A DNA stretch of 64,000 nt, from assembly GCF_009914755.1 (NCBI RefSeq), contig NC_060935.1. The stretch is one strand, 5' to 3'. The position numbers and the translations under genes are program-made. Below are positions 1-23,945 of the stretch, one piece after another. Below the pieces are notes generated by a model. That model was not told the DNA's origin and did no database searches. It saw nothing but the letters and a program-made list of their open reading frames with translations. This DNA comes from the human T2T-CHM13v2.0 reference genome, Homo sapiens. Positions within the stretch are counted from its first letter, which is position 1. Each line of letters opens with the position of its first letter.

Positions 1-116
1 TATGCACTCTCTTGGGGCACTTCCTAATCTCGTTAGTACCTTTTGAATTAGTTTTCAAGATAGGACTTGAGTTCCTCGAAGGATTAGAAAATAACAGTAA
101 CAGTTCATGTTGTCTG

Positions 117-424
<308 letters not shown>

Positions 425-775
425 TAACAATTCAGGTTGTCAGAAGTAACTGAATGTCTTTAACAAATAGGAGCCATAGGACTAAATTGCTCACATTATT
501 TTGAGGGCAAAAATTACATTGTCATTATTTTTTACCTCCAACATATATACAGTTTTTATATTTACTATATAGGAACACAATAAATGCTTGTTGCATAAAA
601 TCAAATTACAAAGAAGGACAGAGAATCATTAAATTACTTTCATAATGCGCATAAAACAACATTTTGTTAGACTTAAAAACAAGCTGATTATAACTATAAA
701 AAGATATGTGACTAATAGGTGGAAAGAGGAGCAAGGAAGAATAAAATGGGAGGAAAGAACTGCTAAAGACTCACG

Positions 776-3643
776 ATGGTTTGTTACATAGCTAAACACA
801 TGTCATGGGTTTGTCGTACAGATTATTTCATCTCCCAGTACTCAATAGTTACTTTTTCTGCTCTTCTCCCCGTTCCCACCCTCCAAACTCAATTAGGCTG
901 CAGTGTCTTTTGTTCCCGTTATGTGTGCATGTTTTCTCATCATTTAGTTCCTACTTGTAAGTGATAATATGTAGTATTTGGTTTTCTGTTCTTACATTAG
1001 TTTGTTAAGGATAATGGTGTCCGGCTCCATCCATGTTCCTGCAAAGGACATGATCTCATTCTTTTTTATGGCCACATAGTATTCCATGGTGTATATGTAC
1101 ATGTTCTTTATCGGTATACCACTAATGGGCCTTCAGGTTGATTCTATGTCTTTGCTATTGTGATTATGCTGCAATGGACACAGGTGTGCATGTGTCTTTG
1201 TGATAGAATGGTTTATTTTCCTTTAGGTATATACTCAATAATAGGATTGTTGGGTTAAATGGTATTTCTGTTTTTAGGTCTTTAGGGAATTGCCACACTG
1301 CTGTCTACAATGGTCGAACTAATTTATATTGCGACCAATGGTGTATAAACATTCCCTTTTCTCCACAACCTTACCCACATCTGTTATTTTTTGACTATTT
1401 AATTATAGATATTTTAAGTGATGTGAGATAGTATCTCATTTTGGGTTTGATTGGCATTTCTCTAATGATCAGTGACACTGAGCTTTTTTCACATGCTTGG
1501 TGGCCACATGTATGTCTTCTTTTGAATACTGTCTGTTCATGTCCTTTACCCATTTTTTGTGGCATTGTTTGTTTTGTTCTTGTAGATTCATTTAAGTTCC
1601 TTATAGATTCTGAATATTAGGCCTTTGTTGGATGCATAGTTTGCAAAAATTTTCTCCCATTCTATAGGTTGTTTACTCAGTTGATAGTTTCTTTTGCTGT
1701 GCAGAAACTTTATTTTAATTAGATCCTATTTGTCAATTTTTGCTTTTGCTGCAATGACTCTTGGCATCTTTGTCATGAAATCTTTGCCCCTGCTTATGTC
1801 CGGAATGGTATTGCCTAGGTTGCTTTCAAGCATTTTTATAGTTTGGGTTTTGCATTTAAGTCTCTAATCCATCTTGAGTTTATTTGTGTATATGATATAG
1901 AACGGGGTCTGGTTTCAATCTTCTACATACGGTTAGTCAGTTATCCCAACACCACTTGTTGAATAGGGTGTCTTTTCCTCATTGCTTGTTTTTATCAGCT
2001 TTGTCAAAGATCAGATGGTTGTAGGCATGTGGTCTTATTTCTGGGCTCTCTATTCTGTTCCATTTGTCTGTGTGTCTTTTCTGTAACAGTACCACACTGT
2101 TTTGGTTACTGTAGCCCTGTGGTATGGTTTGAAGTTAGGCAATGTATTATCTCCAGCTTTTTTCTTTTTCTCTTTTTTTTTTTTTGTACTCTAAGTTCTA
2201 CGGTACCTGTGCAGTTTGTTACATATGTATACGTGTGCCATATTGGTGTGCTGCACCCGTTAACTCGTCATTTACATTAGATATATCTCCTAATGTTATC
2301 CCTCCTCTCTCCTACCACCCCACGACAGGCCCCGGTGTGTGATGTTCCCCACCCTGTGTCCAAGTGTTCTCATTTTTCAATTCCCACCTGTGAGTATTAG
2401 GATTTCCTAGGCTATTTGGACTTTTTTTGTTGTTGTTCCATATGAACTTTAAAGTGTATTTTTCTAGTTCTGTGAAGAATGTCATTGGTAGTTTGATAGG
2501 AATAGCTTTGAAACTGTAAATTGCTCTAGGCAGTATGGACATTTTAACAATATTGATTCTTTTTATCCATGAGCATGGAAAGTTTTTCCATTTGTTTCTA
2601 TCAGCTCTGATTTCTTTGAGCAGTGTTTTGTAAATCTCATTGTAGAGATCTTTCAACTCCTTGGTTAGATATATCCTTAGGTATTTTATTCTTTTTGTGG
2701 CAATGGTAAATGGGATTGACTTCCTGATTTGGCTCTAGGCTTGGCTATTGTTGATGTATGGGAATGCTAGTGATTTTTGTACATTGATTTTATATCCTGA
2801 AACTTTGCTGAAGTTATCAGCTGAAGGAGCTTTTGGGCCTTGACTATGGTGTTTTCTAGATACAGAAAACAGGGATACTTTGACTTTCTCTCTTCCTATT
2901 TGGATGCCCTTTATTCCCTTCTCTTGCCTGATTGCTCTGGCCAGGACTGCCAGTACTATACTGAATAGCAGTGGTGAGAGAGGGCATCCTTGTCTTGTGC
3001 CAGTTTTCAAGAAGAATGCTTCCAGGTTTTGCCCATTCTGTATGATGTTGGCTGTGGGTTTGTCATAGATGGCTCATATTATTTTGAGGTCATGTCCTTA
3101 AATAGCTAGTTTGTTGAGAGGTTTTAACATGAAGTGAAGTTGAATTTTATCAAAATCTTTTTTTGCACATATTGAAATGATCATGTGGTTTCTGTTTTTA
3201 GTGCTGTATATATGATGAATCACATTTATCAATTTGTATATGCTGAACCAATCTTGCTTCTCAGGGATAAAGCCTACTTGATTGAGGTGGATTAGCTTTG
3301 TGATGTGTTGCTGGATTTGGCTTGCTAGTATTTTTGCATCAATGTTCAAGGATATTGGCCTGAAGTTTTCTTTTTTTGTTGTTGTGTGTCTATCAGGTTT
3401 TGGTATCAGGATGATGCTGGCCTCATAAAATGAGCTGAGGTTGAATCCCTCCCCCTCAATTTTTTGGAGTAGCTTCAGTAGGAATTTTTCCAACTCTTCT
3501 TTGTGCATCTGATAGAATTTGGTTGTGAATCATATTGTCCAGGGCTTTTTTTGTTTGATAGGCTATTTATTACTGAATCATTTTCAGAGCTCATCATGGA
3601 TCTCTTCAGGAAATTGATTTCTTCCTGGTTCAGCCTTGGGAGG
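776..3643 (-). mobile_element. Older primate L1, 3' half of ORF2 plus 3'UTR, decayed; non-inverted part of a 5'-inverted element
   Basis: ORF-track fragments (3098-3508, 2735-3010, 2312-2656) resemble L1 ORF2p RT ([14 protein letters not shown]); L1 3'UTR near 780-1000. Confidence 0.9.
2165..2396 (-). mobile_element. Short 5'-truncated L1PA 3' end nested in the older L1
   Basis: PolyT followed by L1PA 3'UTR sequence interrupts host ORF2 between ctccagctttttt and ttaggatt. Confidence 0.85.
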
Positions 3644-4308
3644 ACCTAAAACAATCCTCAGCAAATGCAAAAAAAAAATCATATCAATCACTCTCAGACC
3701 ACAGAGGAATAAAAATAGATTTCAAGACTAATGAATAGCTGAAAACTATGCAATTACATGGAAATTAAACAACCTGCTCCTGAATGAATTTTGGGTAAAT
3801 AATGAAAACTAAGGCAAAAATAAAATAGTTCTTTGAAACTAATGAGAACAAAGATACAATATACCGGAATCTCTGGGACACAGCTTAGACAGTGTTAAGA
3901 GAGAAATTTATACACTAAATGCCCACATCAAAAAGTCTTAAAGCCCTCAAATTAACAACCTAATGTCACAACTAAAAGAACCAGAGAACCAAGAGCAAAC
4001 CAACCCTAAATCTAGCAGAAGACAAGAAATAAACAAGATCAAAGCTAACTGAAGGATATTAAAACACAAAATACCATTCAAAAGATTAATGAGTCCAAGA
4101 GCTGGTTTTGTGAAAAAATTAATAAGGTAGATCACTAGCTAGACTAATAAAGAAGACAAGAGAGAAGATCCAAATAAGCACAGTTAGAAATGAAAAAGGG
4201 AATATTATCACTCACCCCACAGAAATACAAATAATCATCAAAAACTACTATGAACATCTCTATGTACATAAACTAGAAAATCTAAAAGAAATGGATAACT
4301 TCCTGGAC
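3644..4308 (+). mobile_element. Inverted 5' segment of the same L1 (ORF2)
   Basis: Plus-strand ORF2 sequence ending at ...ATGGATAACTTCCTGGAC, adjacent in L1 coordinates to where the minus-strand part begins. Confidence 0.85.
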
Positions 4309-4704
4309 TGCTCATTGTCTTAGGCAAAGAAGACTAGCCGTACTTTATTTGAGGGCTCTTTGAGTAGAGTCCTATAAATTCCTGTATTTCTCTCAACTCT
4401 ATGTCCCCCTCCCCAGAATACAAAGCCCCTTCTGTGATGCCTCCTTTGCTTCTTTTGGTTATATCTGTGTTATATCTGAATATATGGCTCTAGAGAATCC
4501 CAAGAAATAGAAAAAGCTAGTCCAAAATCCAAGGTCTGAATAAGACAGGTGAGACCTTTGGATGAATATCTTTTCACAAAGTTGAGAAGATGTGAAGAAC
4601 CCAAGAATCCACTGGAGAAACAGCCCCGAGGCACTGCAAGGGGTTCAGACCTGTGTTGGAGAATATCATCACCGTAACAAAACTTCTATGTTCTTAATAT
4701 CTGT

Positions 4705-4891
4705 GTGTTTGTTTGTTTGTTTTTTGCTTGTTTGTTTGTTTTTCCTCAGAGACAGGATCTCAGTCACCAAGGCTAGAGAGCAGTGGTGTCATTATTGCTC
4801 ACTGCAACCCTGAAATCCTGGGCTCAAGTGATCCTATCACTTCAGCCTCCTGGGTTACTGGGACTACAGATGCAAGCCACTGTGCCCAGCT
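4705..4891 (-). mobile_element. Alu monomer (FRAM/FAM-like) with (TTTG)n tail
   Basis: Single ~150-bp Alu arm preceded by TTTG repeats. Confidence 0.75.
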
Positions 4892-5356
4892 TGGCTCTTT
4901 CTTTTTATTTTAATTGGTCACTTTGTTTTCAGACCTCTTGTTATCTTTAATCATTTTTCACCTCTGATTTGACCTCCCAGTTGTCAAATATTTGACTTAA
5001 TGGGAGACTTTCCCCTAGCTTGTTGATTCCAGAAATTCAACTTTATTCTAGGCTTGGCTCCTGTTTAGTACTGCTGCTTTGAGATTGTTCTGGTTCATGA
5101 AAAACAAGTCTCCAAAATTTTCTACTTCTCAATATTGCCATTTACTAAATTCTTATAAACAAATAAGAAGGAAGACTCTCAGAAATATATGGAGAGACTG
5201 AGGTTAGAGTTGAGCAAGGCCTGAAATTTTGTCACAACTAATCTAGTTGAAGGAATGTTAACTGACTGAGAAAACACTAAATTTCTGTCTGTTTCAAAGA
5301 GAAAGACTTGATAATGGCTCTACGGATGTGTGAGATCAGTTTTAATAGGATAACTT

Positions 5357-11808
<6,452 letters not shown>

Positions 11809-12599
11809 TAGAATAACTTCTTAAATGCTTTTATTGTTGACTGAATTTATTTCTCCCTTGATAGTTTCTACTTTGGGTTGATAATTAAATAACACTGTTA
11901 TCTCTAAGATTATATACATGTCTTCCCATATTTTTATTCTAGTTTTTTCGTGACTGAATTTTACCTTCACACCTAATTGTGTAATCGATTGTGGTATATG
12001 CAGTTAAGCATTTCACTTTACTCTTTTCAAAAAGTATAGTTGTTCAATTACTGTTTGTTTTTTATTTCCAAGCTAAATTTAAAAGCTATATTTTTATATA
12101 TCACATTATTATATTTTAGTGAGATTTAGTTTTTGGATTTCTATTTATTCCACTATCTTACTTACACATGAGTGGTATTAATTTAACATGATTTTAGAAT
12201 GAAGAAAATGAAGCCATTTTTAGATAAACCAAAAGTAACAATGTATTTCCAGCAGAAAGAGATAATATTAAGGATAATCAGGAAAAAATAGAATAAACTT
12301 AGAGAGAATGTTAGAAATGAAGAAAAGCATGCAAAACATTTTGTACATAAGTGTAAACATTTCTTCACTATTTAATAATAACACTAGAAAATCTAGGGAG
12401 TAAAACTATACAAAATATCTAAAATATATATATATAAAATTATAGATTGGGAAGGGGAAAATGAAGATAAAGTGCTAAAATTTATTGTATTGTTTTGGAA
12501 AAGAGTAAACAGTCAAATGGATATTTGTATCTGAAAAATCAAGAATGCAATTCTAATCATCAAGATGCATTTTTTTATTTTTTAGTTTTTTAATTCATG

Positions 12600-13770
<1,171 letters not shown>

Positions 13771-14013
13771 TCATTTTGAGGGTTTCACCCTCTCATATAA
13801 TAAAATTCTTCTATATACCCTTCTATCATCACTTATTACTGATTATATGCCTTGATTTCAGAATCTTGCCAACTAGATTCAGAATTTGACTGGGAGAGAG
13901 GACAAGGACCACTTGAGACTCATATTTTATTTCCAGAATCTAGCATCTACCTACCTAGGTATTGAATAAGAAAAATGAAGTTAAGGTGGTTGATGGTAAC
14001 ACTATGCTAATAA

Positions 14014-14278
14014 CTGCAGAGCCAGAAGCACCATAAGGGACATGATAAGGGAGCCAGCAGACCTCTGATCTCTTCCTGAATGCTAATCTTAAACATCCTG
14101 AGGAAGAATGGGACTTCCATTTGGGGTGGGCCTATGATAGGGTAATAAGACAGTAGTGAATATCAAGCTACAAAAAGCCCCCTTTCAAATTCTTCTCAGT
14201 CCTAACTTTTCATACTAAGCCCAGTCCTTCCAAAGCAGACTGTGAAAGAGTGATAGTTCCGGGAGACTAGCACTGCAG
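14014..14278. promoter_or_regulatory. HBB 3' enhancer (~260-bp PstI fragment)
   Basis: PstI sites at 14014 and 14273; WGATAR motifs at 14043, 14135 and 14251; lies 0.55-0.8 kb past the HBB polyA site, as established. Confidence 0.75.
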
Positions 14279-14852
14279 ATTCCGGGTCACTGTGAGTGGG
14301 GGAGGCAGGGAAGAAGGGCTCACAGGACAGTCAAACCATGCCCCCTGTTTTTCCTTCTTCAAGTAGACCTCTATAAGACAACAGAGACAACTAAGGCTGA
14401 GTGGCCAGGCGAGGAGAAACCATCTCGCCGTAAAACATGGAAGGAACACTTCAGGGGAAAGGTGGTATCTCTAAGCAAGAGAACTGAGTGGAGTCAAGGC
14501 TGAGAGATGCAGGATAAGCAAATGGGTAGTGAAAAGACATTCATGAGGACAGCTAAAACAATAAGTAATGTAAAATACAGCATAGCAAAACTTTAACCTC
14601 CAAATCAAGCCTCTACTTGAATCCTTTTCTGAGGGATGAATAAGGCATAGGCATCAGGGGCTGTTGCCAATGTGCATTAGCTGTTTGCAGCCTCACCTTC
14701 TTTCATGGAGTTTAAGATATAGTGTATTTTCCCAAGGTTTGAACTAGCTCTTCATTTCTTTATGTTTTAAATGCACTGACCTCCCACATTCCCTTTTTAG
14801 TAAAATATTCAGAAATAATTTAAATACATCATTGCAATGAAAATAAATGTTT

Positions 14853-14858
14853 TTTATT
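14853..14858 (-). terminator. HBB: HBB polyadenylation signal AATAAA
   Basis: tttatt on the + strand, ~110 nt after the stop codon. Confidence 0.95.
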
Positions 14859-14965
14859 AGGCAGAATCCAGATGCTCAAGGCCCTTCATAATATCCCCCA
14901 GTTTAGTAGTTGGACTTAGGGAACAAAGGAACCTTTAATAGAAATTGGACAGCAAGAAAGCGAGC

Positions 14966-16407
<1,442 letters not shown>

Positions 16408-16438
16408 CTAGTGAACACAGTTGTGTCAGAAGCAAATG

Positions 16439-16545
16439 TAAGCAATAGATGGCTCTGCCCTGACTTTTATGCCCAGCCCTGGCTCCTGCCCTCCCTGCTC
16501 CTGGGAGTAGATTGGCCAACCCTAGGGTGTGGCTCCACAGGGTGA
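16439..16545 (-). promoter_or_regulatory. HBB: HBB promoter
   Basis: TSS 16439; CATAAAA 16465-16471; CCAAT 16511-16515; proximal KLF1 CACCC 16525-16532; distal CACCC 16540-16544. Confidence 0.95.
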
Positions 16546-16960
16546 GGTCTAAGTGATGACAGCCGTACCTGTCCTTGGCTCTTCTGGCACTGGCTTAGGA
16601 GTTGGACTTCAAACCCTCAGCCCTCCCTCTAAGATATATCTCTTGGCCCCATACCATCAGTACAAATTGCTACTAAAAACATCCTCCTTTGCAAGTGTAT
16701 TTACGTAATATTTGGAATCACAGCTTGGTAAGCATATTGAAGATCGTTTTCCCAATTTTCTTATTACACAAATAAGAAATTGATGCACTAAAAGTGGAAG
16801 AGTTTTGTCTACCATAATTCAGCTTTGGGATATGTAGATGGATCTCTTCCTGCGTCTCCAGAATATGCAAAATACTTACAGGACAGAATGGATGAAAACT
16901 CTACCTCAGTTCTAAGCATATCTTCTCCTTATTTGGATTAAAACCTTCTGGTAAGAAAAG

Positions 16961-16981
16961 AAAAAAAATATATATATATAT
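16961..16981 (-). repeat. (AT)7T7 motif at about -530 of HBB (BP1 silencer site)
   Basis: Counted directly; function from established knowledge. Confidence 0.85.
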
Positions 16982-17826
16982 GTGTATATGTACACACATA
17001 CATATACATATATATGCATTCATTTGTTGTTGTTTTTCTTAATTTGCTCATGCATGCTAATAAATTATGTCTAAAAATAGAATAAATACAAATCAATGTG
17101 CTCTGTGCATTAGTTACTTATTAGGTTTTGGGAAACAAGAGATAAAAAACTAGAGACCTCTTAATGCAGTCAAAAATACAAATAAATAAAAAGTCACTTA
17201 CAACCCAAAGTGTGACTATCAATGGGGTAATCAGTGGTGTCAAATAGGAGGTTAACTGGGGACATCTAACTGTTTCTGCCTGGACTAATCTGCAAGAGTG
17301 TCTGGGGGAACAAAAAGCCTCTGTGACTTAGAAAGTAGGGGTAGGAGGGGAAAAGGTCTTCTACTTGGCTCAGATTATTTTTTTCCTCTAGTCCACTAAG
17401 AATACTGCGTTTTAAAATCATTTCCTTGATTCAAGTTCCTATTTCTCTTTATATTTTGTTTGTTTAAACCTCCTTTACTAAAATTTACTCTTCTTTCTCT
17501 ATAGCTTTCCAACGTGATCGCCTTTCTCCCATCCCCCTGTACTTTTTCCCCTTGTACTAAATTAACTCCTCAGGTGAGGAAAAACTTTTGAAGTGCAGAG
17601 TTCTGCTTCCTGCTATTAAAAGATGTAATTAAAACAGCAAAGGTAGCAAGCATTTATGAGGTCAGCGTAGGGTCTCAGTGTTCCCTAAGGGCCCTGTCAG
17701 TCATCCTGAATCCTGCCCCTACCTGGAAACCCATGTCGGTTTAGTAAGGAAAGTGTTATACTTTTACTTTGCATGTTTCTCCTACTTCTTCCTTTCAGCT
17801 CTAACACTCTGAAACTACGATTACAC

Positions 17827-17856
17827 AAAATAAAATAAAATAAAATAAAATAAAAT
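17827..17856. repeat. (ATTTT)6 repeat 5' of HBB
   Basis: Six AAAAT units on the + strand. Confidence 0.9.
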
Positions 17857-19091
17857 AAAACAATAAAATGAAATAAAATTTAGGTTAACCAAAAGAAACT
17901 GGATCCTCTATTTCTAGTTATCAGAAGGAAATTTACAAATTTCTTATTTCCATTGCTTTATTCTCTTAAATGCTTTCTCTATTATTGCTAAATAAATAGA
18001 GATCTCTCACTTTTTCTACCTGTCTCAACCCTCATCAGGTACTTGTGAAAAAATCTCACTCTGATTATTCTCACACACGCAGAAAGTGTTTGGTTCTTCT
18101 ATGGCTATCTGGAGCCTAGGTTAAAAAATTATGCCTATGTATGATTATAGAGGTAAGAGGGATAAAATTTAAGTATTTTCTTTTTATATTCATTCCTCTG
18201 TAAAAAACTAAAGCAATGAGGATCTAGGCACACGTGTATCCCTGAGAAAAGATTTCACATGTTGAATCCTGGGAAAAGACGTCTTTAAAATATTTTAAAT
18301 GTTAAAACATGCAGATTTGACTTGGCTGTTAGATTTTGGATTTTATTTTATTAAATTTAAACCTGCATTAGCATTGTTTTAGATTTAGACAGTTTTCAAG
18401 ACCCTGTTTCACATCCCTGATATAAGAGGCATGTATATGTGAAATAAAGTGTTCTGCGGAAGTTTGAATATGTCTTTTGCAAATATCCTGGGTCAAAGAA
18501 AATGCACAGACTTTATGAAATTATAATATAGGTTATATTTATAGTATTCTGAAAGACCAAAATTGTCAAAGCAAGAGCTTTGAAATCCTGATTGGCAGAA
18601 ATTGTCACCTTCTTAAAGACTTACCCTACAACTTCTTATGCTCAGAAATAGTTTTCCTTTTTCTATTTTGTTTTCTTTTTTAAATGATGAACTATGGATC
18701 CTTCTCTTGTGTTGGCAACTGCTGCAGATACCATCATCCTGGCTTCAAGGCAGGGGTTGCTTTTCCAATGGTAGTTACTTAGTGTGACTAGAGTGTAACG
18801 CAGACTTTTCTTTCTATTACCCATAATACCCTGCAGGGACAAGGCTGCAAGCTATACTAAGACCATCAAAAGCCCAGGCATACCAGGCAAATAAGTTTCA
18901 AGAAGCAATAAATAGTGCAAATTTGGTTATGGTCAGAGCCTCAGTTTCAAATCTAAATCAGCATTCAAAGTTCCTGAAAAACTATTCAAGCTTACTGACA
19001 TCTTCACTATTGTGAGCTTGCTTCTACTCTGTGAATGGATGCCACAGCAGGTGCAGGTCTATTCTACTTTTATTCCAGCCCCACTGACCAC

Positions 19092-19093
<2 letters not shown>

Positions 19094-19127
<34 letters not shown>
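19094..19127. repeat. (CA)17 microsatellite
   Basis: Counted directly. Confidence 0.9.
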
Positions 19128-19128
<1 letters not shown>

Positions 19129-20202
19129 GTCCTCAAAAAAGAGACAGCGAGAGAGACAGAGGTCCATTTCCTTTACTCCAGTCTATTAATCTTTCTTAAG
19201 TCCTAATGTTTTATATCAGAATGGCCCTAGTCTGGGTATACTTAGAGGATGAATATTAACTTCCTCCATGAAAATCATGACACTCATCTATGGGAGTGTG
19301 GTTTTATCATTTGTTTCAAAAGCAGCACTTGACTAGAGTATTTTTATACATGCTCTACTGTTTAGTCTAAAATTCCCCAAGTGAGACATTTTAGCAATCT
19401 ACTGTATATGTTCCTAGGTCAAGCACAGTCTAGCTACTTGCTACAGACTTCTCTCGCAGATACACAATCTCTCAGTAAACACAACTCAGCAGCTCTCAGA
19501 ATTAATTAATTAAAATGAAATAAAAATGCTCCAAGAAAACCAGAACCCATAGAAACAAACCGCACACACACAAAATAGTTTGGAAATAGGATAGTTTAGT
19601 TCACTTTAAAAAGTTGTATTTCTTACCAAAAAGCAATAAAGTCAACATAGACAGAACTTTGCTAAAGTATATGCATAATTATTACAGAAAAATTTATATT
19701 TCAGTCTGCACCTTGTTCATTAATATTTCCTCCACTGGGCTCAGATTTTCATTCAGAATTAGCTTTTTTTTAACCTCATTAAGTGGGCCATGGTGTCAAT
19801 TTATGGAGAGCAGAGGTACAGTCTTCAGATAAATTTGAGATTGCATCTCTTTAGAGGTAGAATCTTGGCTTCAGTCTGAACACCCTTTACAAACATGTAG
19901 GCATTAATTCAGAGGACTGCTCTGAAGCTCAAGAGATGGATGATTTAGGAGACTATTAGGCTTAATTCTCCTGACATTAAATTATTTTATTGAAAAATTT
20001 TCATGAACTCAAATTCACATTATTACGTCCTCTCTTCCCTTCCTCTCTCCCTCTCTTTCACACACACACACACCCTTTCATTCAGACATACTGAACATAG
20101 TTTATAAAGCAACGCCATAGTGAGAAAAGAAAAACAACCATTTGATAAATTATCAAATAAAATTAAAGCCAAATCTTGAGGAATTAATTCCATTCCTATA
20201 CT

Positions 20203-20427
20203 TTGTTTTAACTTTCATTTTAAATTTGGGGGTACATGTACAAGTTATATAGGTAAATTGCATATCACTGGGTCTTGATGTACAGATTATTTCATCACTC
20301 AGTGATGAACTTAATACCCAATAGGTTCTTTTTCATCGTCTCCCTCTTCCCACCCTCAACCCTCAAGTAGGCCTGGGTGTCTGTTGATCTATTTTTTGTG
20401 TCCATGTGTATCATCATTTAGCTCCCA
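20203..20427 (-). mobile_element. 5'-truncated L1P 3' end
   Basis: L1 3'UTR; degenerate TSD cattcctatact (20191-20202) / cactcctagact (20428-20439). Confidence 0.8.
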
Positions 20428-22336
20428 CACTCCTAGACTCTTACAAAAGCTCTACTCTAACAAATAATTTTAATATAACAACAAGGTGCCAAGTCTTTTT
20501 TCATCTCTTGACCTCCTCATCTTCAATATGAAGATAGCAATGCCTAGCATATAGTAATTGTGTGTGCTCGGCACATGTCCCATCCAGGTGATGTTCTCAT
20601 GAATTCTCTGGTATTTGGATTTTTAGGGCCAACATCTTGCCTAGACTCACTGACTACTTCTAATGGTGTAGGAATAGAAGGTATAGTAAGCTATATTTGC
20701 TCTTTTTTTTTGACTTTTGGAGAAAGGAATGTAGTTTGTTTTCCCTATCAAGATCATAAGGTCTACAATCTCTCTTACTGTCTTTCGAATACCACACAAG
20801 TATCTCCTTTTAATATCTTACTCTTATGAGAACTTCCCTATGCTCAGGAATGTGAAAGTGATCTTCCCCAAAATGCCCTGAGTAGCTCTGCTTCTGATAT
20901 GTAAACCAGTGGTTCCTAAATATCTTATTCAGATATAAAGAGTTCTCAGTGCCTACTATGTATAATGACTTAAGGAAAACACATGGATATAAAAGAGCTT
21001 CTGCTGCCAGTCAATTCAAAATGTTGTGATCAAAACAGTTAACTATAACACATTGTCAGTATATTCTGGCAGTACAGACAGAGTTACTGTGAAAGCACTT
21101 TCAAACACAAGGAAACAACAGATTCTGTTTAGGTATTCAAGTAAGTTTAAAATTAATCAACATGCATATAATACAGATTTTTAAAAATGTATACAACTGA
21201 GAAAGTTCTAAAAATCCTTCTAATTTTACCTATGGCAAAAATGGTGCTCAAGGAAAAAAATATTACTCCTATGATCAGAAAGGAAATAACTGTTCGGTTG
21301 TTTACTGCATGCTTCCTCTTTGTATGTTGTAGCATTAACAACAAAGAAACACTGTGCGATGGTATTATTAATATTGTCCTCTAATTCCAGAAGTTCTAAA
21401 GCAAGGAATAATCATTCCTTCATTTACTCATTTACTCATTCGTTCATTCATTCACTGTTTTCTTGAATAAATATTTTCTTTCTGCCCATTGATGAATTTA
21501 ATATGAGGCACAGTAGGCATGTAAGAAGGTAGAGAATAGGCAGAATTGCTTATAAAGCACGGAGTGTGTGTGTGTGCATGAAATAAATAAGAAAAATATA
21601 AAAATATAAAAAATGGTGTGGGGGAGGGTTTGGAAAGATTTTTTGGGTAGTATAGAGAAGTTTATTGTGGCTGGGGTCAAGAGAGGTCACAAGTAATACG
21701 TGAGCAATGAATCTTGACTGAAATATGGAAAGATAAGAGGAAATTCTTTACAGAGATGTTCTGGGGCAAGTAAGAGGAGGAAGCTATTTCTTGGAGCAGG
21801 AACACTTGATGGGGTATAGTATTATGGGCTACAATGTGCAGGCAAAGGAAGGAGGAAGAAAGACAACATAACATTGTCTTGAGTAATCATTATGCCTTTA
21901 ATTGAGCACATTATTTTCTCAGTAATTGTTGGAGTTTAATCGTAGCATTACCCTTGAGGCTATGTCTTAGGGTTGAGGTCTTCCCTAGAACCTCTGCAGT
22001 GCCAGTATTATCTTTGTATCAAGAGTTCTTGATAATTTCTGCTCTTTGGAGGTAGAAGTGTCACCCATTAATGCCTTGTACGGTTCCCTTGCTTTTCTCT
22101 TTTCCCATGTACTCTTTGTAAAATAAACAAGTGCTCCCTATCTGTAGAGCCTCAGGAACCTTCTTACACACCTGGACAAAAAAATGAAATAAGTGAAATT
22201 AATCAGGAAGTTGAGCTGAACATTCTTTATTAGGCAGAAGCCATACCCTTGAAGTAGGCATTGTGTTCCCAAGTTCAGAAAATAGAATCTAGGGAAATAG
22301 GGTCTTCTTATGGTTATCAGGAAACAGTCCAGGATC

Positions 22337-23806
<1,470 letters not shown>

Positions 23807-23855
23807 GGTGTCTGTTTGAGGTTGCTAGTGAACACTGTTATGTCAGAAGAAAGTG

Positions 23856-23945
23856 TAAGCAACAGTCGACTCTGCCCTGCCTTTTATGCTGGTCCTGTCC
23901 TCCCTGCTCCAGTGAGCAGGTTGGTTTAAGATAAGCAGGGTTTCA
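23856..23945 (-). promoter_or_regulatory. HBD: HBD weak promoter
   Basis: CATAAAA 23882-23888; CCAAC instead of CCAAT at 23920-23924; GATA 23929-23934; TGAAACCCT (23937-23945) in place of the KLF1 CACCC box. Confidence 0.9.
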
